Origin: Piromyces finnis finn
Lineage: Eukaryota; Fungi; Neocallimastigomycota
Length of the DNA stretch: 64,000 nucleotides
Assembly (NCBI GenBank): GCA_002104945.1
Contig: MCFH01000075.1
Location: forward strand, 62,001 to 126,000
Direction: 5' to 3'
The position numbers were made by a program, and so were the translations under genes. Positions 20,480 through 30,826 of this stretch are shown here, piece by piece; within the stretch, counting starts at the first letter, position 1, and each line of letters starts with the position of its first letter. The notes below the pieces were generated by a model. It did not search any database. It saw only the letters and a list, made by a program, of their open reading frames with translations, and was not told where the DNA came from.

Positions 20480-21078
20480 CCATCTATATATATTATTTTA
20501 TAACTGTAATTAATTTAAACATTTGTTAAAGTTATTTATTATATAAGTGTTCAAACTTTTCACATTATTAAGCAATTTTTTAATAATTGTCAAAAAAAAA
20601 AAAAGGAAAAGATCAAAAAAAAAATACAATAGAGATTTATTAACATCACAGGTATTTCTCTACTTAATATGAATTATTAAAAACTAAATAGTTATATTAT
20701 ATTTTATTCTGATATTCTATTTTTAATTAATTCGATGCTTTTTATTATTTATATATGCTACTTTAATTAAATATTCTGAAAAACCTTGTCATATAAAAAT
20801 GATAATTATTAAAAACTCTAATCAAGTATTATATTTTTTAGATATATTTAAATATCTTAATTACTTCTTTATATATCATCTTTATATTTCAAAAAATATT
20901 TTAATTTATTTTTACAAACCTTAACAATAACTTGTGGTGCATTTTCAACAGTTTCTTTGAAATTAGAACTATTTAAAGAAACAACTTCTGAAGTATAAGT
21001 TATTTTCTTATCACCTTGTTCTGCGAAAACCAGCGCAAAGAACAATACAACTTCCAAAAATAAAGTGTAGTATTTCAT
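17875..21078 (-). CDS. Multi-exon ER protein disulfide isomerase family protein (a-b-b'-a', acidic and Lys-rich tail, C-terminal KDEL)
   Basis: Signal peptide MKYYTLFLEVVLFFALVFA; micro-exon FFSPSCPHC at ~20249-20279; AELDCSVNQDICQKESITRYPTLKFY; second thioredoxin domain VLYYSPHCKYS..AKFDA..YPTIVLY; ends SKDEL*. Confidence 0.88.
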
Positions 21079-23426
21079 TTTTATTAAATTTATTGCTATT
21101 TATTCTTATGTACTCTTCTTATATATTTATTACTATCTTTTAATATAAATATAAATATAATATTAATATTAATATTATTTTAATATTATTTTAATATTAT
21201 TTTAAAAAATAAAAATATTAAAAAATTAATAATGCATTTTATTAAATAAGATTATTCAAAATATCAATCTATGAACACTATATTTGCTATTGAAAATAAA
21301 TATAAAAATGTGTTTAAATATTTTAATGAAGGTTTGAAAAAAAAACATTTATACTGTTATTATTTATATATTATATATTTCTTTATATTCTTGTTTATAA
21401 AAAGAAAACTTTTAATACTTTTTCATATTTTGATTATATAACAACTCTGTAGACTATATATATATATCTTTTTTTTTTTTTTTTGAATATTTGTACTTTG
21501 TAGCATAATAAATAAATTATTGAATTATAGATTACTATAATTTAAATATAAAGATGTGTTTTTTCTCCGAAAAAAATACTTATTATAATATTATTTTTGA
21601 ATTTTTACATGATTGAAAATGATTTAACAAATTCATTTACTATTACTGTTAAAACTAAATTTTAATATATATATTTTTTCTTCTTTACTTTTTTATTATA
21701 AATTTTCAATGAATATATATGAATTATGAATATATGTTTATTGTTCACGTTTTAAACAATAATTTAAATATTTTATACAATATTGATATAATGATTCAAA
21801 ATGGAACACTCACTTTTTATCAAAAGGAAAATATCGTTAAATTATTTTTTTTAAAAAAAAATATTCCTTTTTATTTTATTTTTATTTTTCTTTATTAATT
21901 TATTTTCTTTTTTTTTTTTTTTTTAAGAAATAAAAATTTATAATATTTTAATCTTTAATGTTAAAAATAATTATAAAAAGAAAAATAAGAAAACAAAATT
22001 GAATTTAACAAAAAAAAAAAAATAAAATAAAATTATATATTTAAATTTATTTAATGGAAAATAAATAAATATAAATTATTAATTATTAATAATTTATTAT
22101 TAATTTAAAAAAAAAAAATGGAAATTTTTTATATAATTTATCAAATCTTAACATAAAAAATTTAATACACAAAAATGGTTTAAACGACGACTTATTTATA
22201 ATTAATAATTATGAAAAAAAAGATAATGTTGCATTTTACTAAAAAAAAAAATGATTGATTTTAAATCATGTACATAGATTTTTTATTTATGTATTTTTAT
22301 TTTTTATTTCATCTTAATATTATAAAAAATGAATAGAATGCTATATACAACAATCATTAACATTGACACAATATTAATTTAGTAGTAACAATAATATTGT
22401 TCTTAAACGTAGTTCAATGATCAATTTCATGTTTTATACCATTGATCCTACATAAAACTCTATTTTATAATAAAAATGAACTACATCCTATAATTGTATG
22501 GTAATAAATAAAATATACAAAATTTTAAGAGGAACCTAAATCTCTCCTTTTTTTTTTTATTTTTTACCTTTTCATAGTTGAAAAAAAAAAAAAGGTGCTG
22601 GATAAAAAATATTGAATCAACCTATTACATAATATTGCATTAATGTATTTATATGTTTTGAATTTTATTAATTAATATATTAAAATCAATACTACCATAA
22701 ATAATATTATACCTACAAATATATTGGTTTTGTTTCTTAAATTTAAATGAAAAGATTAAATTTTTTTAATTTTAAAAATTAAAAAAAAATAAATTAAATT
22801 TTGTATACATTTTAAAAATATATTATTTAATAATTAGATTATATTTATGGAGATTTTTCATTATACCCATTTATGAAATTATTATTATGTTGAAACAATT
22901 AACAAAAAAAAAAAAAACCGAAAAAATAATCATTTTCTAAATCATTTTTTGGTGTAAAGTATTATAAAATAAAAAGATTATAGAAAAGGTAAAAAAAAAA
23001 ATTATCTAAATAGGATAGTTTGTGTATATTTTTTTCCATTAGTTATAGCACTTCTTCATGAATAAAAACACACACATGACAGAAATTCAAACTATTAATT
23101 TATGTGTCACTGTTAATTTTATATAACCATGTTTCATTACTATTATTTAGAATATTAAAAAGATTTAAGTTTTAAACCAATAATATCCCAGAATTGCTGT
23201 TTTAATTTTATTGGATTTAATCATTAAATTAAATCATACTTTTGAAGTTTAAATTAAAATAACAATAATGTATACATAAAAGTATTAAAATAAACAATGT
23301 ATGTATTAGTATTAATATTAATATGGGTTAACTTTGATGTATCATCCTTTTTTTTTTTAAAAAAAACTCAACGGCGACCTCTTAGAATTATTTTATTTTT
23401 ACAAATATATTATATATTTATAAAAA

Positions 23427-23459
<33 letters not shown>

Positions 23460-24019
23460 TTTTATATATATACATAGTTTTTATTTAGATTTTTAATGAA
23501 ACGTTTTTGTTTTTTATATTAGAATTTGTAAAAAGTCTTCATATTAATATAAAATCTAACCTATTTTAAGATTAAAACTTAATCCTTTTAACTAAAATAA
23601 ATAATATTTCTCTTTTAAAGAATATCATTTTGCTATACCTTTTTGACAAATACTTGAAATTAAAATTATATAGATTAATATTTATTAGATTGATAAGAAA
23701 TATCGTAAATTTAACTCAAGGAATTAGAAATATATAATGCTCTTTGTTATTAATATTACTATTATTACAATATTACTTTTTTATTGTTGGTTGTTTATTC
23801 AAGTATAAAATATTAATTAAAAGTATTCCATCATTGTACCTGCATTATTTTGTTCATAATAATAAAATTTTGATAAATAGGATAGATTTTGTTTCTCTGC
23901 TTCAGGAATTATGAGAATATTTTTGAGTATCTAAATATATATTTTATACTACACTTTATTTTTCATTAATAGATATATATATATATATTTTTTGTTGTTG
24001 TTGTTAAATTTTCCTTTTC

Positions 24020-24376
24020 TTTTTCTTTTTTTTTTTTTATTTTTAACGGCTGTAAGGAAAAAATCAATAGGCCACTAAAGTTATAACTAGTGTATTTGAA
24101 CCTTCAACAGTTAAAAACTAAAATTTTGTCAAGAGAGAGAAAAAAAATAAAATTATTATTATTGATTGTTTTGACAGTTTGTCTTTATAATGTGTTCTTA
24201 ATTTATGACTTTGGTTCATTTAAATATACACCTTGATGTCTCATTAATGCTTAAATGGATTGTAATTAAAAAAAATTGTTTTGATCCATTATACATGATG
24301 ATCCTTTGTAAAGTTATGGTTTACTTCTTTTGAATGAGTAGGTGTTTTTGAACCATTTTTACTTTTATAAAGGGAT
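24020..24376 (-). pseudogene. Degenerate 3' end of an older family-A-like LINE, the left target flank of element A1
   Basis: Minus strand shows tgacaaaatttt, tcaaataca, actttagt..gtggc and ends gccgtt-poly(A), the same landmarks in the same order as the family A 3' UTR. Confidence 0.45.
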
Positions 24377-24385
24377 TTAAATCGT

Positions 24386-24445
<60 letters not shown>

Positions 24446-24679
24446 GGCATCAAATATTTTAAACTTTATTATTAATTTAATTAAAATTATAATACATGAA
24501 ATATAAAAATTAAAATAAAATAAAAATAAAAAAATATGTTTAAATAAACACAAATGAATAAAAATTGGGTATAATGTATTCTAGTAATTTTAATTAAAGT
24601 AAGAAAGCCACTATCATACTAAAGTATAATAATTGTATTTGACTTCCAATGGGACACCGAGCCAAAGATCAAAATTTTA

Positions 24680-27600
24680 TCATGGGACAAAATTATGATC
24701 TCCATTGGTTGCGCTGGCCCTCCTGGCCTGTCTTACTGTTTCTTCAGCATTGACGCTCTTGGATGTTGCTTCAAACCTTTTGAACATTGACCATTGCTGG
24801 CCAATAGCAAAAGGCATGATTTTGGTTAGAAGTTCCGCGGTTACCGTCAAGAATGGTGTTCCTTCATTAGTACCAGATTGAATCTGACGCTTACAAAGTT
24901 CTTTCCATTCCCTTGAATTGTAATTGATATTGTTAAAACTTCTTCCCCCAAGAAGGAATTTAAATATTTTACTGCACACACTAGAATAATCATACACATT
25001 AATATTCACCGGATTATTAGAACTATTACTATCATTAACTAAATTACTATCTAAATTAGAATTATTATCTTCACTATTGCTATCATTACTAATATTATTA
25101 TTTCTATTATTGTTATTATTACTATTGTTACTATTACTATTGTTATTATTACTATTGTTACTATTACTATTAATATTATTACTATCTCTACTGATATTAT
25201 CAATTTCATTATTATTGATAGGACTATTGGAATTACGTTGACTGAAAAAATTTAATAGCTGGACTATGGAATCATAATGTTTAATACGGATATCTCTAAA
25301 TGTTGGACAATCTAATAACCAATGTTTAATACTTTGATCTCCACACTTGCAACATGGACAGTAGTTAGGACAAACTGGATCAACAAATTTGGCAGCTTTG
25401 GCAACTCTAGCATCCAACTTGTATCCGCTTCTTGCTTTCAATAGCCAGTAGAAGCCATAGGCAAACTCTGGGTACTCATAACATAATTTAATAAAATCTT
25501 TAGTTTCAATAAACTTATTATCATCATAATATTGCGCTTTGATTGAATTCCCTTTGAGATCTTTCCAATAAAAGTTTTTAACTGCTTTAACATCTCCATG
25601 TTTCTTTAGTTTTTTATCAAGTGTCCTACTTGATTTGCACCACGTGTATTTTCTAAATTTAGGAATGTAATTGACAAGGTATGAGATAATACAATTTGAG
25701 TTTTTCCATTTGTTAAAACATCTAACCTGAGCTAACGCACATTTGGCTGACAATGGAGGAATATTCAAATCTTTTGAAATAGAGTATAAAGATATAAACG
25801 ATACAGCTTTATGAACTCCGGCAACCCATCGTATTCCTTTGTTAACATGCTTCTGTGCAATTCTAGACCTGGCTTTGTTGGATCCAAGTAATGGTGCAAA
25901 GTATGAAACTCTGCTAATCACTTGTGAGTTAAGTACTAGCTTTTTGAAGGGAATAGGAATATTAGGATTTCTTAAGAATTTACTGACTGAAAAAAGCCCT
26001 TTCAAAACCTTGTTATTAAGAGCTTTAATAACTGGTTTAAGGGACAGATTCTTATCAAATGGAACACCAAGATAAGTATAACAATCAGTAGTTGGAATGG
26101 GTTGTCCTGCTAAGTAAAATGTTGGATCTCTCTTGTTCTGATTTTCTATTGATTCAGGACGAATCACCATCGTTGAACACTTCTGGATACCAAATTCCAT
26201 TTCATTATACAAGGCCCATTCATTAACTCTTCTAAGCATCTTTTTTAAGCATCCTCTTGTTGGAGCACAAATAACTATATCATCTGCAAAAAGTCCACCA
26301 CAGCATCGAGTGTCACCTAAACTGACTCCGAGATCTTCACACTCTTTAAATATATCATTAATAAAGAGATTAAAGAGAATAGGAGAAAGAGGGCATCCTT
26401 GACGGACTCCTTTCTTCACATCAAAAGATTTCGAGAATTGTCCATCTAATTTGACATTAGCCTTAGATGTTAAATATAAATTTTTGATGAATTGTAAACT
26501 CTTACCTCGGATTCCTAAACAATCTAATTTATGGAGAATATTACCGATTGGGACTGAATCGTATGCTTTCCTGAGATCTAAAAAGGCCAAATATGTCTCT
26601 TTATTATCTAATTGACGTCTACGGCATATTTCTTGGATTGAAATGAAAAGACTGATACTTTCTTCCTTTTTTCGAAAACCAAATTGTTCAGGTCTAATGA
26701 AATTATTCTTTAGACCATATTCTGAGATTCTAGTGGTGACAATTTTGGAAATCAACTTAATACCATTATTGATAAGTGATATACCTCGATAGTTATCACA
26801 ATCTGTCAAATCTCCCTTCTTAGGAATAGAAACAATACTGGATTCATTCCATGAGTTGGGGAAGTCTCCATCCCAAATACGGTTGAATAATTTAAGAATA
26901 AAATTTAAACCATAAGCATCATTATCTGAAGTGGTATTACCGGAAGAATTATTATCTGTAGCATTATTAGAATCATTACTTGATGGAATTAATGCTTTGT
27001 AAAATTCAATTGGAATACCATCCGGACCTGATGCTTTATAATTCGGAGTAGTGAGGATAGCTGACTTGACTTCATCAATACTAATATCTTGGTTGATATC
27101 CCATTCATCAAGCATAGGGAGTGAAAAACGTTTATTCGTTGGTTCTTCATACCAATGCTCCAAATCAAGACTTACACCACTTGGATCTGATGCAAGCTTT
27201 TCGAAATGATCATGCCACACATCTAGTTGTTCTTCCGTAGCAACAACTAATTCTCCATTTTTGTTTTTAATTGGTTGAGCAATAAAGAAAGAATCTTTTC
27301 CAATTTTTGCAGTTTTCTTGATCCATTTCCAGGCCTTCTTAGGATTATGACTCTTCATATACTCACATCCTGTTTTAATCCAATGAAGATATTCTTGCTT
27401 CCTAAATTCATTACATCTTTTGTGGATGTAATCAATGAGCTTACGGTAGATTTTAATTCTTTTAATAAATTCATCTATATCATAAATTCTTTCTTTTTTA
27501 AATCTCTTATACAACTTCATTTTGATTTTTTGGAGATTAAAAATTTGTTGTGAAATATGAAATGAAGACTTTATAACATTATTTGCTGAGGTAATACTGA

Positions 27601-29200
27601 GCTCGTCTGCAATTGAAAAAGCAGTTGAAGTAAACTCTTTGGAAAGTTCATCTGTAGAAACATTAGGATCGTTGAATTTTGCTGAAAGTATTTGGAATTT
27701 ATTATGACTGAGAATAGATTCCTTTTCCTCAATACATTTTAATCTATTCCATTTCAGAATTTTCTTAGGAACATTAAAGTCATTAGAAAAATCTTCCATA
27801 GGAATAATTTTACCATTAATAAGAAGTGGCTTATGGTCTGATACAGGATAAAAATTATTTATAAATGATCCTGAGTGAATAAGATCTTTCATCTTCGAAT
27901 TGATAAGAGCATGGTCAATGTCGGAAGATTGATCACCTCGAGTCCAAGAGATAGTAGACCCTCTAAGCGGAAGAATTTCCCAATCTCCTAATCCATTAGT
28001 TGATAACCAGTTGGATAATTTTACTTTAGACATATTAAAATCACCAACAAGAATCGATGGATGGGATGAATGAGTTTGTAACCACAAGCGAACTTCTAAC
28101 TTTGCATGATCAACATAGATGTTGTGATGACTATGAGGCATATAAACATTTCCAATCGAGCATTTGAATCTATTCCAGAGACAAAAAGTATAAATAGAAA
28201 TAATATACTTTCCAGAGAAGTTTTCAAGTGAGGCTTGACACGAATTGTGAAAACCTAAATATAAACCTCTCATTCCCGGAACTGATTCGTCAGCTTTCTT
28301 GAAAAAGTGTCTATAGTTTCGCAAAGTAACACGACAAGGATAATCTGTATTCGATCCAGAACCATTACCAGTTTCTTGGAAACATAAGAATAATGGTTTG
28401 AAAATAGCTGTGAAATAGCTAATACTATCTCTCTTTTCATGATTCCACCCATTGGTGTTCCAACTAAGACAAAAAGAAAAGTTATCAGGCTTGTTGGATG
28501 AGGAAGAATCGTTGCTATTATTATTATTATTAAAGTCATCGTTATTAATGGATGATGCATCAGAGGAATAAGTAGAACTATTACTAGATGGCTGTGAAAC
28601 TGAAGAACTATCAACTATTGAACTGTTATCAGAGTTGATAGAACTATTAGAATTAATTGTTGAATGTTGAGATTGAAATTGTGTTTGCTGTAGATCTGGA
28701 ATATTTTCATGATGGGAAACTTGTTGAAGATCCTGTTGAAGATCTTGTTGAAGATCGGATTGTTGATGAGATTGTTGAACTGATTGTTGAACTGATTGTT
28801 GAAATGATTGTTGAATAGAATGTTGATGTTTATTAGAAACTAAAATTTTACGTTTGAGAGTGGAAAAAGTGTATTTGTGATTCCTTCTACTACGAGCTGA
28901 AAAGGAAATTGAGGTAACTGAAAGTTTCTTCTTTAACATGTGTAAGATTTTAATACAATCTTTTGATGAACCATGAACCTTGACTAAGAAAAAGTGATCA
29001 TTGAAAGTTTGAAAATATTTAACACTAATAACTGAATTAAATTTATCTTCTAGAATAACCTCGAGTTTTTCCCATAGCATATTTACTGACCATGATCGAA
29101 TACCACGGATAAAGAAGGAGCGAATATCATCTAAGGGGATACCATAAGACCGGGTACCACGTCTGATATAATTCTTATCTTTAATATAAAGGACTGACAT
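24680..29200 (-). CDS. LINE polyprotein: N-terminal domain, Q/S/N linker, APE endonuclease, reverse transcriptase, CCHC zinc knuckle
   Basis: APE motifs SWNTNG, CFQET, GNVY, LVGDFN, SDIDH, VSDHKP; RT motifs SGPDG, IPKKG, YRGISL, QFGFR, FLDLRKAYD, GVRQGCPLSPILF, LFADD, YTYLG; CPCCKC..H.LLDC. Confidence 0.96.
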   Translation of the reverse strand: MSVLYIKDKNYIRRGTRSYGIPLDDIRSFFIRGIRSWSVNMLWEKLEVILEDKFNSVISVKYFQTFNDHFFLVKVHGSSKDCIKILHMLKKKLSVTSISFSARSRRNHKYTFSTLKRKILVSNKHQHSIQQSFQQSVQQSVQQSHQQSDLQQDLQQDLQQVSHHENIPDLQQTQFQSQHSTINSNSSINSDNSSIVDSSSVSQPSSNSSTYSSDASSINNDDFNNNNNSNDSSSSNKPDNFSFCLSWNTNGWNHEKRDSISYFTAIFKPLFLCFQETGNGSGSNTDYPCRVTLRNYRHFFKKADESVPGMRGLYLGFHNSCQASLENFSGKYIISIYTFCLWNRFKCSIGNVYMPHSHHNIYVDHAKLEVRLWLQTHSSHPSILVGDFNMSKVKLSNWLSTNGLGDWEILPLRGSTISWTRGDQSSDIDHALINSKMKDLIHSGSFINNFYPVSDHKPLLINGKIIPMEDFSNDFNVPKKILKWNRLKCIEEKESILSHNKFQILSAKFNDPNVSTDELSKEFTSTAFSIADELSITSANNVIKSSFHISQQIFNLQKIKMKLYKRFKKERIYDIDEFIKRIKIYRKLIDYIHKRCNEFRKQEYLHWIKTGCEYMKSHNPKKAWKWIKKTAKIGKDSFFIAQPIKNKNGELVVATEEQLDVWHDHFEKLASDPSGVSLDLEHWYEEPTNKRFSLPMLDEWDINQDISIDEVKSAILTTPNYKASGPDGIPIEFYKALIPSSNDSNNATDNNSSGNTTSDNDAYGLNFILKLFNRIWDGDFPNSWNESSIVSIPKKGDLTDCDNYRGISLINNGIKLISKIVTTRISEYGLKNNFIRPEQFGFRKKEESISLFISIQEICRRRQLDNKETYLAFLDLRKAYDSVPIGNILHKLDCLGIRGKSLQFIKNLYLTSKANVKLDGQFSKSFDVKKGVRQGCPLSPILFNLFINDIFKECEDLGVSLGDTRCCGGLFADDIVICAPTRGCLKKMLRRVNEWALYNEMEFGIQKCSTMVIRPESIENQNKRDPTFYLAGQPIPTTDCYTYLGVPFDKNLSLKPVIKALNNKVLKGLFSVSKFLRNPNIPIPFKKLVLNSQVISRVSYFAPLLGSNKARSRIAQKHVNKGIRWVAGVHKAVSFISLYSISKDLNIPPLSAKCALAQVRCFNKWKNSNCIISYLVNYIPKFRKYTWCKSSRTLDKKLKKHGDVKAVKNFYWKDLKGNSIKAQYYDDNKFIETKDFIKLCYEYPEFAYGFYWLLKARSGYKLDARVAKAAKFVDPVCPNYCPCCKCGDQSIKHWLLDCPTFRDIRIKHYDSIVQLLNFFSQRNSNSPINNNEIDNISRDSNNINSNSNNSNNNNSNSNNSNNNNNRNNNISNDSNSEDNNSNLDSNLVNDSNSSNNPVNINVYDYSSVCSKIFKFLLGGRSFNNINYNSREWKELCKRQIQSGTNEGTPFLTVTAELLTKIMPFAIGQQWSMFKRFEATSKSVNAEETVRQARRASATNGDHNFVP

Positions 29201-29796
29201 GATAATAAATTCTAATTAAAAAATATTGAATATAAAATAAATACTAATAAAAATTACAAATATAACGTATATGGAAAAAAATCTGTCTCTCTCTCTCTTC
29301 TTAAAAGTACTGGATAGTACAAAAATTGTTACGATGCTTTGTTTAAAGTTTCTTTTTTTGAATTCTAGTTGTAAATTTTCTTTAAAAATTCTAGTTTTGG
29401 TTTGTTGTTAGTAAATTCGATTCGCTTTTTGACACTAAACTTGTTTGACTTTACTTTTCATTAAATATTTAAATTGGTAAAAAATTTGAATCAAGAATGT
29501 CGACACCAGAAAGCTTGTGAATAGTATTTTTACATGATGTAGAGTGAATCAGTCTCTTACAAGAAACAATACAACAATAGCTACATGAATATAAAAGTAC
29601 AATGCAAATGCTAAAGTTGACTACATTGGATTCTTACAAGAGAAGAGTAGTACTACATGAATACATGAATAAAAGAAAAAATACAGCAACAAAATGTATT
29701 ACACTTCTAATTAAATACTATACAAACTTACCTGAAAAATCAAACATTCACTTATTCATCAAATACTTAAATTTGATGAATAAAATGTTTTTTAAT

Positions 29797-30090
29797 CGCT
29801 CAGTACCATGAGCTTAGTCCTAATAATTTTCCCTTGAAGACTAACCAAGCATCCATTGCGCAATGCTTGGATTTAATTCTTTCTACTCTCTCAGTACCAT
29901 GAGCATGAGTAGACCCCCTTGAGAAATTACATTTATTAAATAAATGAAGGCACATTCCTAAGAGGGCACCAAGCATCCATTGCGCAATACTTGGATTTAA
30001 TTCTTTCTACTCTCTCAGTACCATGAGCATGAGTAGACCCCCTTGAGAAACTACATTTATTAAATAAATGAAGGCACGTTCCCAAGAGGG
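29797..30090 (-). ncRNA. Putative structured RNA / internal-promoter module at the 5' end of LINE A1: two ~124-nt monomers plus two further hairpins
   Basis: Tandem monomers 29967-30090 and 29845-29966; multiple stems with compensatory changes between copies; near-identical module at 52588-52759. Confidence 0.6.
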
Positions 30091-30102
30091 TTAAATCGTA
30101 GA

Positions 30103-30327
30103 AACTCTTTCAAAAATCTTAATTACTTCTATATACCCGTGTGCATAATAATATATATATTATTACTGAATGAAAATTGTTTGATAGAATATTTTAATGC
30201 AACATCTTTTCATATTTTAAAACATTTCTTGGTTTTATTATATATTACAAAAAAATATATAAAGCAATATTTCTACAATATTCATTCATATATATATATA
30301 AAATACTTTTCAACAATACCACGAATA
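30103..30327 (-). pseudogene. Possible degenerate fragment of the N-terminal ORF region of an older A-like LINE (right target flank of A1)
   Basis: Broken translation YIRGI ... KKCFKI*KDVALKYSIKQFSFS resembles A1 FFIRGI ... KDCIKILHMLKKKLSVTSISFS; weak. Confidence 0.3.
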
Positions 30328-30339
30328 TACAAATAATTT

Positions 30340-30341
<2 letters not shown>

Positions 30342-30404
<63 letters not shown>
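30342..30404. repeat. (ATT)21 microsatellite in the GDH1 3' flank
   Basis: Directly visible; paralogous to the much longer tract at 52911-53405. Confidence 0.95.
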
Positions 30405-30406
<2 letters not shown>

Positions 30407-30826
30407 ACATCATTTAAAGAACAATAATTTAAATATTTTAAAATATTTTAAAATATTTTATTTTATTAAATGTACTTTTTTATTATTATATTATATTATA
30501 TTACAAAAATTACAAATTGTTCAATTTTATACATATTATTCTCTCTATAAAGTTTTACTAATTAATTAAAACTTTTATGGTATATTGTTAGTATTAGTAG
30601 TAGGTGTTAATATTATTATTATTACTAGTATTAATATTAATAATTTAATTATTAATTTCAATCTTTACTTTAATAAATTTGGATAGTTATGAAAATTTAA
30701 TTGTTTCGTAATTAAATTCTTTGAATTAATTACTTTCAAAATTATTTATGAATTTTAAAATATTCCTTTCGAAATATTAAAGAAAACTTTTCTTTAAATA
30801 AATAAAAAAAAAAGTTTTTAACTAAT

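Larger units (their letters stand above)
24389..30090 (-). mobile_element. Full-length young non-LTR retrotransposon, family A (copy A1, ~5.7 kb, single ORF)
   Basis: 54-nt poly(A) tail (T-run 24389-24442); perfect 12-bp TSD TTAAATCGTAGA at 24377-24388 and 30091-30102; intact 1506-aa ORF. Confidence 0.95.

Noticed and set aside
23780-23935. Possible orphan exon (ILKNILIIPEAEKQNLSYLSKFYYYEQNNAGTMMEYF*) on the minus strand
   Set aside because: No partner exons or recognisable homology.
29797-30090. Hammerhead, HDV-like, twister or hairpin ribozyme assignment for the 5' module
   Set aside because: CUGAGAGA and CUGAGCGA do not fit CUGANGA with a stem II and a properly placed GAAA/UH. GGGGGUC resembles an HDV P1 strand, but I found no matching P1/P1.1/P3 partners. 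Twister and hairpin loop consensus motifs are absent. Kept as an unclassified candidate.
29797-30090. CRISPR-like array or tRNA/SINE head
   Set aside because: Only two monomers with no unique spacers, no cas genes, a eukaryotic context, and no cloverleaf or A/B boxes.
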